Source of the DNA: Dehalococcoidia bacterium
Lineage (GTDB): Bacteria; Chloroflexota; Dehalococcoidia; Lucifugimonadales; QGNO01
NCBI GenBank assembly: GCA_965197965.1
Contig: OZ240235.1
Location: forward strand, 549,820-613,819
DNA length: 64,000 bases
Direction: 5' to 3'
Part shown: positions 19,769 through 27,842 of the stretch, in pieces
Numbering within the stretch: position 1 is the stretch's first letter
Layout of the letters: each line of letters begins with the position of its first letter
Program-made: the position numbers and the translations under genes
Notes under the pieces: generated by a model
Seen by the model: the letters and a program-made list of their open reading frames with translations, nothing else
What the model was told of the DNA's origin: nothing
Databases searched by the model: none

Positions 19769-19843
19769 TGGTGGGCCCGGCTGGATTCGAACCAACGACC
19801 AATCGGTTATGAGCCGACCGCTCTGCCACTGAGCTACGGGCCC
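19769..19843 (-). tRNA. tRNA with CAU anticodon (Met, or lysidine-dependent Ile2)
   Basis: GGGCCCG-TA-GCTC-AGTGGCA-GAGC-G-GTCGG-CTCATAA-CCGAT-TGGTC-GTTGG-TTCGAAT-CCAGC-CGGGCCC-A-CCA folds into a full cloverleaf with encoded CCA. It is not initiator-like: 1-72 is paired and there is no GGG/CCC anticodon stem. The acceptor C4-G69/C5-G68 and the variable/T arm resemble E. coli ileX. Confidence 0.9.
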
Positions 19844-19861
19844 GTAATGACGCTGGCTTTC

Positions 19862-19891
19862 ATGATTGCTCAACCAGACGGGGCTTGTCAA
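19862..19891 (-). promoter_or_regulatory. Candidate promoter for the tRNA(CAU) gene
   Basis: On the minus strand there is a perfect TTGACA (19891-19886), an 18-nt spacer, then AATCAT (19867-19862), ending ~18 nt upstream of the tRNA 5' end. A second TTGACA and a 7-bp inverted repeat (AACGCTG/CAGCGTT) lie just upstream. Confidence 0.35.
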
Positions 19892-19979
19892 CGCTGAATC
19901 GCAGCGTTTGTCAAACGCATCTCGCCCGCATATCCCATGCTTTTCGACGAGACCTGAAGCAGACCACGAGACAGACGGG

Positions 19980-20438
19980 TCAGGATGCGCTGAACTTCTT
20001 TATCGCTTCCAACGACTCTTCGGCGTGTTGCTCCATGCTCTGAGCATCCTGGACAATGTGCCTGACCACTCCCTCTTTGTCTATGACGAACGTGACTCGG
20101 CTATCGCCAATGGTCTCCTCATTGAAGACCCCAAAAGCTCTGGAGGCTTCAAACTTGGGGAAGTCGGATACCAAAGGGAACTCCAGTCCACAGTGGCCGG
20201 CGAAGGCCCCCTGAGACGGTGCGGCGTCTGTGCTTGCACCCAGAACCTGGGTGTCCAGCTGCTGGAAGTCCGAGAGCAGGCTCTGGAACTTCCGCAGCTC
20301 CCGCTCTCAGCCGCCGGTGAAAGCCCTGGCGTAGAAGGCGATGACGAGGTTCTGCTTGCCTTTGAAATCCGCCAGCCTGATTTCCTGACGGTCGCCGGTA
20401 GTGAACCCAACGTCTGGGGTATGGTCACCTATGTTCAT
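19980..20438 (-). CDS. Peroxiredoxin (AhpC/TSA-Bcp type) with UGA/selenocysteine at the peroxidatic position
   Basis: My reverse translation from ATG 20438 reads MNIGDHTPDVGFTTGDRQEIRLADFKGKQNLVIAFYARAFTGG-U(TGA 20309-20307)-ERELRKFQSLLSDFQQLDTQVLGASTDAAPSQGAFAGHCGLEFPLVSDFPKFEASRAFGVFNEE.... Peroxiredoxins have FYPxAFTxxC(T/S)xE here. Only the last 64 aa appears in the ORF track (19980..20174). Confidence 0.8.
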
Positions 20439-20473
20439 ACTGCACCTCTTGAGCTTTGATGTGAGCGCTCAGG

Positions 20474-21826
20474 CTATAGGCCGAGCGTTTTCCTGTATTC
20501 CGGATCCCAGTAGGCGTATACGCCCTTGGACACCATATCGTCAAGGCTGCTTGTTGGGATTGGACGCTTATCAGCCGGGCTATCGGCGGTCACGCCCCCT
20601 TCTATCAGCTTCTGGTACTCCTCCTCGGAATGGCCAAGCTCTTCTACTATGTAGCGGTGGTTGCCCTCGCCGAGCTTGGGGCCAGGGCCCTTTATGGAGA
20701 CCGGCGTGTTGCTCAGCTTCCAAGGCCGGCCCATGAGCACCCGCGTACCCAGTGTGGGATCGTCCGAGGGTACTTTCTCCAGGAATCCGCGCTTCCAGTA
20801 ATGTACGTTGGTGTTCATATCGCGGGAGTCCATAACGGGCCCCGCCGGTACACCTGCGTCCTGCAACTTTTCCATCACGTCCCACTTGCTATGCTTCTCA
20901 GTCCACTCTTTGATGATACCGTCAAGCTCATCGTGGTGCTTCCAGCGGTTCAAGTGGCCAATGTACTTGGGGTCGTCCACCAAGTCTTCCCTGTCGATGG
21001 TGCGGCAAAGCGCTTCCCACTCGTGGTCGTCGCGCACAGAGAGCACGGCCCAGCCGTCTTCATCGGCGCAGGGGTAGCAGCCCTGCGGAGCGAACCAAGG
21101 ATGGCGGTTCCCTATGCGCTTGGAGTTGTCCTTGCCGTTGGCTATCCAGTCCATGAGGAACTCACTGATGTGGAACACGCCCAGCTGATACATGCCAATG
21201 TCCACCCACATACCCTTTCCCGTCTTCTTTCGGTGCCTGAGCGCCATGGAGAGGGCGAACAGACACGTCCACGAGGCCACAAAGTCCACGTAGGACTGCC
21301 CCACCTTGGATGGAATGTCTCCGTTGTATCCGGTGAGGTGGGTCAGGCCATGGGTGGCCTCCTGAGACGTGGCCACCGCGGGATAATCCGAGTAGGGGCC
21401 CTTGCCGTGACCGTATCCGGTGTTGGACATCATGATGATGTCAGGCTTCATCTCCTTCAGCTTGGGCCAGTCCATGCCCCAGTTGCGGGTGACCCTGGGA
21501 GTGAAATTCTCCATGAACACGTCCGCCGAGAGCACAAGCTCCTTCAGAACCTTGAGTCCTTCAGGGTTGCGCAGATCAAGTACCAGGGACTTCTTACCGC
21601 GGTTCACCACGTGGAAAGTAGGCGTGCGATTCCAGGGGTCGGCGCCGGGGTCGTTCTCGGGATAGGCTCCGGAAAGCATGCCGGTGCGTATAGGCTCAAC
21701 GCGAGTGGGGCCCTCTATCTTGATGACCTCAGCGCCAAGATCGGCCATTACCCCTGCCGCATAGGGGAACGCGAAGATAGCGGAGGTGTCTACTACTCTG
21801 ATTCCTTCCAATGGCAGTCTACCCAT
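20474..21826 (-). CDS. CoA-transferase family III (CaiB/BaiF-like)
   Basis: 450 aa. LEGIRVVDTSAIFAFPYAAGVMADLGAEVIKIEGP is the family III N-terminal signature region. Confidence 0.9.
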   Translation of the reverse strand: MGRLPLEGIRVVDTSAIFAFPYAAGVMADLGAEVIKIEGPTRVEPIRTGMLSGAYPENDPGADPWNRTPTFHVVNRGKKSLVLDLRNPEGLKVLKELVLSADVFMENFTPRVTRNWGMDWPKLKEMKPDIIMMSNTGYGHGKGPYSDYPAVATSQEATHGLTHLTGYNGDIPSKVGQSYVDFVASWTCLFALSMALRHRKKTGKGMWVDIGMYQLGVFHISEFLMDWIANGKDNSKRIGNRHPWFAPQGCYPCADEDGWAVLSVRDDHEWEALCRTIDREDLVDDPKYIGHLNRWKHHDELDGIIKEWTEKHSKWDVMEKLQDAGVPAGPVMDSRDMNTNVHYWKRGFLEKVPSDDPTLGTRVLMGRPWKLSNTPVSIKGPGPKLGEGNHRYIVEELGHSEEEYQKLIEGGVTADSPADKRPIPTSSLDDMVSKGVYAYWDPEYRKTLGL

Positions 21827-21861
21827 TCTTAGCTCCTTGGTTCTACGTGTTTGAGTGCGTC

Positions 21862-23058
21862 TTAGATGATGTTCAACTCACGGAGTCTTATCAGGTCCTC
21901 CTTGGAGTAGCCCATTGTCTCCGTATAGACCTCTTCATTGTGCTGGCCCAGTAGAGGCGCGGGCATCCTCTGCTGGAACGGGCTCTCCGATATATGGAAA
22001 AGCCTGAACGGAATCTTGGTCTTGCCTATGACGGGGTGCTCTATATCCTGGTAGAACTCCCTGTCGGCGAGCTGCGGGCAGTCCATCAGGTCCTCCGGAG
22101 TCTGCGATATGCCGAACAGCATGCCGAATTCCTCTGATGCCGTCTTGAACATCTCTTTCATGGTGCGGTCTTTGACGGCATCCACAAGGATGGAGTCGAA
22201 CTCTTCACCATGGTCCAGACGCTGGACCGGGTTGGCGAACCGATCCTCCGCCAGCTCAGGCTTGCCGTAGAACCGCACCTGATCGTCCCAGGTGGCCCTG
22301 GCGCCAGTCTGGCTCACAAAGTAGCCATCTTTACAGGGCATAACTTGGGTGTACATGGTACCCTTGGGGTTACGACGCCCCTGAACCGCTCCGCTGAAGG
22401 AGAACAGGGGCTGGTTCACCACCAGGGACGCGTTCACGGACTCTTGTGCGGAGACATCTATATGCTGGCTTTCGCCATCGAAGTCCCTGGCAAAAAGAGC
22501 GAACCCGGTGGCTATGGCTCCATTGAGCCCGGCCTCGTATTGCGACTGGAAGCCGCCGTGTTTCAGCGGCTCCTTGTCCTTGGTACCGCTGAAGGCCATG
22601 ATGCCGCCCATGGCGTACGCCACTATATCCTCGCTCTTGTAGTCGCGGTACGGACCGGACTGCCCGAATCCAGTTATAGAAGTCATGATGACTTTGGGGT
22701 TCGCCTTCTCCAGTTCCTGGAAACCCAGTCCCAGAGAATCCAAATAGCCGGGCTGGTAGTTTTCGATTACTACGTCCACCCCTGCCACCAGTCTCTTGAG
22801 CAACCTAGCCCCGGATGATGTTTCCAGATTAAGGGTGATGCCCTTCTTATTGTTGTTGAGCACAATGTGTATGAGACTCTTTTCCGGATGGGGGTCATCG
22901 GTGAAAAACGGGCCTATTGACCTCAGCAACTCGCCTCCCGGGGGCTCGACCTTTATCACGTCGGCGCCAAAGTCGGCCAGCAGCTTGGCGCAATAAGCCC
23001 CTGAGATTCCCTGGCTGATATCCAGAATCTTGATGTCGTCCAGAGCTGCAGGTAACAT
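21862..23058 (-). CDS. CoA-transferase family III (CaiB/BaiF-like), second copy
   Basis: The open frame runs to 23283, but MLPAALDDIKILDISQGISGAYCAKLLADFGADVIKVEPP starts at ATG 23058. That start gives the usual ~398 aa. Confidence 0.85.
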   Translation of the reverse strand: MLPAALDDIKILDISQGISGAYCAKLLADFGADVIKVEPPGGELLRSIGPFFTDDPHPEKSLIHIVLNNNKKGITLNLETSSGARLLKRLVAGVDVVIENYQPGYLDSLGLGFQELEKANPKVIMTSITGFGQSGPYRDYKSEDIVAYAMGGIMAFSGTKDKEPLKHGGFQSQYEAGLNGAIATGFALFARDFDGESQHIDVSAQESVNASLVVNQPLFSFSGAVQGRRNPKGTMYTQVMPCKDGYFVSQTGARATWDDQVRFYGKPELAEDRFANPVQRLDHGEEFDSILVDAVKDRTMKEMFKTASEEFGMLFGISQTPEDLMDCPQLADREFYQDIEHPVIGKTKIPFRLFHISESPFQQRMPAPLLGQHNEEVYTETMGYSKEDLIRLRELNII

Positions 23059-23266
23059 AAACAGGTACCCCCTGTCATGGATTGATGCGTCGCCGGTGCC
23101 ATCAGGCCCACTGGTTGAAGATACGGCCAACCAGTCCAACCAGTCGTGCTTCGCTGGGCTACTATATCCAACGGCCAGTGAATTGACAAGCATGGTCATT
23201 GACCGCACTGGCCGATAGTCGTAATGTGCAGCCAACACAACTTCCCTACCAAGGAGCAGGTCCAAC

Positions 23267-24766
23267 TTGGCCGACGACCCCATCGATACACCAGGAACCC
23301 CTGAGTGTCCTCCGGCAACACAGGGCAGGGAGGAGACCGCTCCACAAAGCTACCAGCGTCGGCCGGCGCGCTACGGGAAAGATCTGACAAAGGGAAGCAT
23401 ACCCCGCAACCTCTGGTGGCTGGCCTGGCCCCAAATGGTGGAAAACGTCCTCAACGTTGTGGACCAACTGGCGGATCTGGTGTGGGCGGGGTTCATCGGC
23501 GCCAGCACCATTGCCGGGGTGGGCATAGGACAAAGTTACAAACAGCTTGTAATGACAGGACGCTTGGGGCTGGACACCGCTATGCGAGCCACGGTGTCCA
23601 GGGCCATTGGCGCGGTGAACCCGGCGCTAGCCAACCACTATGCTCTACAGGGATTCACTCTCAGCGCAGGTTACTCTCTAATCATGGTGCTGATTGGGGT
23701 ATTTCTCACCGTTCCCCTGATGCGCGTGCTGGGCCTCAGCGAAGATATCATTGATTCCGGGTCGCTCTATCTCAGGATCCAGTTCATCGGCACCGGCGCC
23801 ATGGCGTTCCGGCAGACCAGCGGTTCCGCCCTGGTGGCCTCAGGGGATGCCATAACGCCAATGAAGGCGACTCTGCTGACCAGGGCCACCCACATAGCCC
23901 TGACTCCCTTCCTCATCTTTGGATGGCTTGGGCTTCCCGAAATGGGAATCGCCGGAGCGGCCATGGCCGACTTGCTGGCACAAAGCCTGGGCACAACCTG
24001 GAACCTTCGAGTGCTGTTCCGCGGCTCGTCCCGCCTTCACCTTTCGCTGAGAGGCTACCGGGTCGACTTTCCCACCATGGGCCGGCTGATCAGGATAGGA
24101 GCGCCAGCCTCTGTAACGGGCATGGAGAGGTCGATAGCTCAGTTGGTGGTGGTAGGTCTGGCTGCTCAGTTCGGCACATTTGCCGTGGCCGCATTTTCAT
24201 TGGGACGGCGCACCGAGAACCTGGCGCACCTGGGCAGCGGAGGCCTGGGCCGGGCTTCCGGCGTTCTTGTGGGCCAGAACCTGGGAGCGGGCAAGCCGGA
24301 AAGGGCCAGGATGACAGTGAAGTGGGCGTTGCTCTTTGTCTTCACCATTGGTCTGGTCTTGACACTCCTGCTTTTTGCTCTGGCGCCGCTCCTAGTCAAG
24401 CTTTTCACCCGCGAAGCTGAGCTTGTAGCTCTAGCAACCACCTGGCTGCGCATCCAGGCATTGAGCCTGGTTTTCCTTGGCGCCGGACAGGTCTTGGGAC
24501 AGTCGTTCAACACGGCCGGGGATACTATGGCTCCAATGCTGGTAACTCTGCTCAGCATGTGGTTTTTGGAGATCCCCTTGGCCCTGATGTTGACCGGCAC
24601 GACCCATACCTTTGGCCTGTTCGGAGGGTCCTTTACCCTACCGGTGCTGGCGCATCTCAACGAGTTCGGCATAGCGTGGGCGGTTGTAGTCGCTATGGTG
24701 GCCCGGTTTGGCTTGTACATGCCGTATTTCATGGCGGGCCGCTGGCTGCGAGTCAAAGTAATGTAG
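23267..24766 (+). CDS. MATE family efflux transporter
   Basis: 499 aa and about 12 hydrophobic segments. The N-terminal region LTKGSIPRNLWWLAWPQMVENVLNVVDQLADLVWAGFIG is typical of MatE. The start codon is uncertain (TTG at 23267). Confidence 0.8.
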   Translation: MADDPIDTPGTPECPPATQGREETAPQSYQRRPARYGKDLTKGSIPRNLWWLAWPQMVENVLNVVDQLADLVWAGFIGASTIAGVGIGQSYKQLVMTGRLGLDTAMRATVSRAIGAVNPALANHYALQGFTLSAGYSLIMVLIGVFLTVPLMRVLGLSEDIIDSGSLYLRIQFIGTGAMAFRQTSGSALVASGDAITPMKATLLTRATHIALTPFLIFGWLGLPEMGIAGAAMADLLAQSLGTTWNLRVLFRGSSRLHLSLRGYRVDFPTMGRLIRIGAPASVTGMERSIAQLVVVGLAAQFGTFAVAAFSLGRRTENLAHLGSGGLGRASGVLVGQNLGAGKPERARMTVKWALLFVFTIGLVLTLLLFALAPLLVKLFTREAELVALATTWLRIQALSLVFLGAGQVLGQSFNTAGDTMAPMLVTLLSMWFLEIPLALMLTGTTHTFGLFGGSFTLPVLAHLNEFGIAWAVVVAMVARFGLYMPYFMAGRWLRVKVM

Positions 24767-24813
24767 CGTCCTAGCCAACCGCGGGGCAATGCTATAAACT
24801 AGGGTGTACCCCA

Positions 24814-24888
24814 GCGGGGGTAGCTCAGTGGTAGAGCCCCTGCCTTCCAAGCAGGCTGTCGCGGGTTCGAGTCCCGTCCCCCGCTCCA
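24814..24888 (+). tRNA. tRNA-Gly (UCC)
   Basis: GCGGGGG-TA-GCTC-AGTGGTA-GAGC-C-CCTGC-CTTCCAA-GCAGG-CTGTC-GCGGG-TTCGAGT-CCCGT-CCCCCGC-T-CCA folds into a cloverleaf. The discriminator is U and CCA is encoded. Confidence 0.9.
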
Positions 24889-25103
24889 CGGCTATCTGTA
24901 TTTATGCCTATATATCGCAAATATTTCCATTAGTTATCACTTCCTGTATCATCTTGTGCTTCTCGTGTCTGACAATCCTTGGCTCCGGACATGGGGATTC
25001 GACCGGGGAGTCGAAACCGAGGGACTGAAGGCGTTGGCAATGTCATGCAGAACTGCTCGGACCACCCTGCAGGGTTAGCATCCCTGCAAATCGATAGCCC
25101 GTA

Positions 25104-25140
25104 GAGCCGCCCATTTAATCGGGGCGGCTCCTCTTGTTTG
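25104..25140 (+). terminator. Intrinsic-terminator-like hairpin
   Basis: GAGCCGCCC (25104-25112), a 9-nt loop, GGGCGGCTC (25122-25130), then CTCTTGTTTG. A second hairpin, TGCAGGG/CCCTGCA, lies at 25068-25088. Confidence 0.35.
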
Positions 25141-25362
25141 CCATTAATTCCGACAGATCCCCCTTTTACCGACGAGATTGCATGTGGTACGATTAAGATA
25201 CGTAGTTGCCCCACGAGAACAAATATAAGACTGAGACGCCTGCTAAACAGCTGCTTCAGTCTTAACGCAAACTCTTCCGGTAACCGTGCGGGTCCACCGA
25301 GAAGACGGCTTAATTCTTAGATCTCTTTCCGCTGGGTTGTTTGGCTGGGGTCAAGAGAACTA

Positions 25363-25587
25363 ATGAGTACACGTGTCCTAAGACTGCCGGAAATCCAGCA
25401 GTTGCTGGGTGGCGTTTCAAGAAGCACGATCTATAGATGGATCGCGGCTGGAATCTTCCCACAACCCCTCCACTTAGGCCCCCGGTCTGTGGGCTGGCCT
25501 TCGACCGATATTGAAGCTTGGATAAAGAGCCGCCGAAGGCGTGGCGGGTCTGATGGCGGAGGCATAGGGAACCAACCCTCTGCCTGA
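25363..25587 (+). CDS. AlpA-family phage/ICE transcriptional regulator (excisionase-like HTH)
   Basis: 74 aa. LRLPEIQQLLGGVSRSTIYRWIAAGIFPQPLHLGPRSVGWPSTDIEAWI matches the Phage_AlpA pattern. Confidence 0.75.
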   Translation: MSTRVLRLPEIQQLLGGVSRSTIYRWIAAGIFPQPLHLGPRSVGWPSTDIEAWIKSRRRRGGSDGGGIGNQPSA

Positions 25588-25599
25588 CTCGGGTATCTT

Positions 25600-26147
25600 G
25601 AACTACTTGGGGTAAGGCGGCGGTGTTCCTGCCTTCACGCGCCGGTGGGTCCGGCGCTTGCCAATCAGGCTAACTGTTTGGCGTGTCACTCCATAGCCCG
25701 CGGCGATCTCCTGGACGGGGTACTAGGTCATATCGGCGGCGTATTTCCAAGACTACATCACGATCAAGCATGGTCCTGGCTCCGGCGGCGGTTTGCCTTG
25801 ATGCGGCGCGCTATGGCTGTTGCACGTTCTTGCACAGCAGCTCTATCCCGTGCCGCCCTACCAGGCGAGCCGTCCGGTAAGTGGGGCAACTGCTCCGGCA
25901 TCTCGATCGGTACGAGGGACTTGAGGCGGCCGTCCGCGCGAACTCGCTTGTGGGTGTGCCCGTTGACTATGCGGGAGATAGTAGAGCGGGAGATAGGCTT
26001 GAACGTCGCCGTTATCTCCCCTACCTGATAGCCCTGGTTGTGGTACTGTAGTTGGGCCACGTCTTCTGTCACGAGACTCGTCTTTCCGATATGAAGTTCA
26101 GAACCACTAGACTTTGTGACTACCAAGTCGCCAACTGGCCGCCTCAA
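25600..26147 (-). pseudogene. Frameshifted HTH-domain gene remnants
   Basis: Two HTH-like segments lie on the minus strand in different frames: VAQLQYHNQGYQVGEITATFKPISRSTISRIVNGHTHKRV and VLEIRRRYD...QEIAAGYGVTRQTVSLIGKRRTHRRV. There is no intact long ORF. Confidence 0.3.
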
Positions 26148-26542
26148 GTTTCACAAGGCCATGCCGACATATGCTGGTAGTGATGCCGGGGAATGTTGAA
26201 GGCTACGCGGCACGCAGGGCGCAGGCTGTTTGCGTAGGGCTACGCCGGAACACAGGACGGTGGGGATTAGCTGGTGGCCATGCCCAGGCTACACACTCAC
26301 GACTAAATATAAAACCCCTCACGCCCTATATACGAGGTTTTGGAAGGTCTACTTTAACTCTCCTAAAATATGTATATATAAGTGACTGGAACACACCAGC
26401 GGTTCCGGCGCTGGCCCCGGGGCGGGGGTGAAACGGAGGGTGTCAACTTCGTTTCTCTAAAATATTATATAGGTGCCCCGCATGTCGCTCTCCCCAAACC
26501 CCGCCTTTGTGCCTGTAACGCCTTACTATAGGGGTGTTTGCG

Positions 26543-27054
26543 TTATGGAAACGACGCATAACGCCATGAAAGAGTCATGCTATCGACCGATAAGTGGGTG
26601 GAATTCGCCTGACTTTCTGCTTCGGCGAACAGCCCAGGCCACCTGCGCTTCGTCTCCACCCATCTCTGGCGGGACTGGAAGGGGCAGGCGACGCAGGCTG
26701 AGCGTTCTAGGGGCCTGTCGTAGCGGGCGTCCCACCAGTCGGCGCAGTCCCTCCTGGACATGCCAACCTCGATAAGCGGGTAGCGGTTCGTCATCCACGG
26801 GTCCCGGGAGTCCTTCATGCGGATGGCCTCGTCGGTGGAGATGCCGAGCTACGGTTCGACGTTCTTGCCGGCGGGTACGCGTTGCCGAGGCTTCGGCCCC
26901 AGCAACTCCCGTATCCTACGGCGGATGGGCCTGACCTTGTAGTTGGTGGTGCATTGGCGCATGCCCTCTGGGGCCTGGAATCCGCCAACGAGCTGTCCTA
27001 CCATGATGGTCATGCTGGCGTTGGTCCGGCAGTCCCCTTCTACCCCTCGTATTC
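26543..27054 (-). pseudogene. PAPS-reductase-family (phage-type) gene remnant with an internal stop
   Basis: The minus-strand reading is ...CTTNYKVRPIRRRIRELLGPKPRQRVPAGKNVEP*LGISTDEAIRMKDSRDPWMTNRYPLIEVGMSRRDCADWWDARYDRPLERSACVACPFQS. It resembles the C-terminal half of phage PAPS-reductase-like proteins. It is interrupted by TAG and lacks the N-terminal half. Confidence 0.45.
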
Positions 27055-27507
27055 CTCAATGCGCTGAGCGTCGACTACAACATCTACCTAATGTCACGCA
27101 TCCGCGAGGATGCAAGAGGAGCCCCGCTTACGGAGGCGACCCGCTATGCACTCGCGCGCACCGGACCCGTCATCACCTCGGCTGGGATTATCCTAGCTGG
27201 TACGTTCTCCGCTCTGATGACCCTTCCTCCCCAGGACCTGTTGCAGTTCGGATTCGGGGTTGCCGCTGGCGTTCTTATCGACACTTTCGTCACGCGCACA
27301 TTGATTGTTCCGTCGGTGGTTTCCATGGTAGGTCGATGGAACTGGTGGGCCTTCCCGCATCGGATACTGACTTGCTTTGTTCCGCATATGTCGCAACTGG
27401 TTGGATCAGCAATGGAACTTAATCCTTGCGGATCGCTTAGTCAAATGAAGTTATGGCGACCTAGCGACAGCCCGCTCCCTACGGCACACGGCGACAGCCC
27501 CTTGTAG
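27055..27507 (+). pseudogene. C-terminal fragment of an MMPL/RND-type transporter
   Basis: LNALSVDYNIYLMSRIREDARGAPLTEATRYALARTGPVITSAGIILAGTFSALM...GVLIDTFVTRTLIVPSVVSMVGRWNWW is the last TM bundle of MMPL proteins. The upstream ~700 aa is absent. Confidence 0.6.
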
Positions 27508-27787
27508 GCGTCCAAAGCCTCCCGGATGGACCGAGACCCAGGTCGTCTGCCAGGTCCTGAAGCGCCTTCAAATGCCGATAGCTGGGCCGTACTCCTCGCT
27601 GCCACCAACGCCTTACGGTGACGGGATCGACGCCGAGACGACAGGCGATCTCCACCCATGACAGGCCGGACGCGTGCTTGAACCACACCAGCCGTTGCGG
27701 AAAGTCGTCTGGGTAGGCGGGGGGCTTTCTCCCGTACTGTTCGCGCTGTCGAGTCATAGCGCCAATCCTTGTCACGGACGACCGCAA
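27479..27787 (-). CDS. HTH-domain protein (IS/phage type), function unknown
   Basis: 102 aa. SGLSWVEIACRLGVDPVTVRRWWQRG is a clear HTH. There is no transposase catalytic domain following. Confidence 0.4.
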   Translation of the reverse strand: MRSSVTRIGAMTRQREQYGRKPPAYPDDFPQRLVWFKHASGLSWVEIACRLGVDPVTVRRWWQRGVRPSYRHLKALQDLADDLGLGPSGRLWTPTRGCRRVP

Positions 27788-27842
27788 TCCAATCCGCAGT
27801 GGCTTTCCTGTTGCCAGGAAGCCCGAGCGATTGACCTCCCAC

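Larger units (their letters stand above)
24889..27830. mobile_element. Decayed integrated element / gene-fragment island adjacent to tRNA-Gly
   Basis: The region starts immediately 3' of tRNA-Gly with an AT-rich stretch. It contains an AlpA-like gene, frameshifted HTH fragments, a PAPS-reductase-like pseudogene with an internal TAG, an MMPL C-terminal fragment and an IS/phage-type HTH ORF. No integrase and no clear att direct repeat were found. The right boundary is approximate. Confidence 0.5.

Noticed and set aside
8551-20309. An alternative explanation of the three in-frame TGAs: a reassigned genetic code (TGA = Trp or Gly), sequencing errors, or real pseudogenes.
   Set aside because: - TGA terminates several well-bounded genes here (7519-7521, 27843-27845, 29953-29955, 19980-19982).
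- All three internal TGAs coincide with catalytic or redox Cys positions rather than random ones.
- Coding quality continues unchanged after each TGA.
- At least one has a textbook hairpin at SECIS distance.

Sequencing error (TGC/TGT to TGA) cannot be excluded for an individual site, but three independent hits at Cys codons is unlikely.
24981-25135. A tmRNA-like 5' motif (GGGGATTCGACCGGGG, at 24993-25008) downstream of tRNA-Gly and upstream of an AlpA island, followed by two hairpins. I considered an ssrA gene used as an integration site.
   Set aside because: - A 5' acceptor strand placed at the usual distance would read GGCUCCG, which has no G3:U70.
- I found no matching 3' acceptor/T-arm (GGTTCGA.TCC...CCA) within 400 nt or at the far side of the island.
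- No frame gives a plausible ...(L/V)AA-stop tag.
- A 9-mer such as GGATTCGAC is expected by chance about once in a window of this size.

The region is worth one Infernal run (tmRNA model), but the call is not supportable from the sequence alone.
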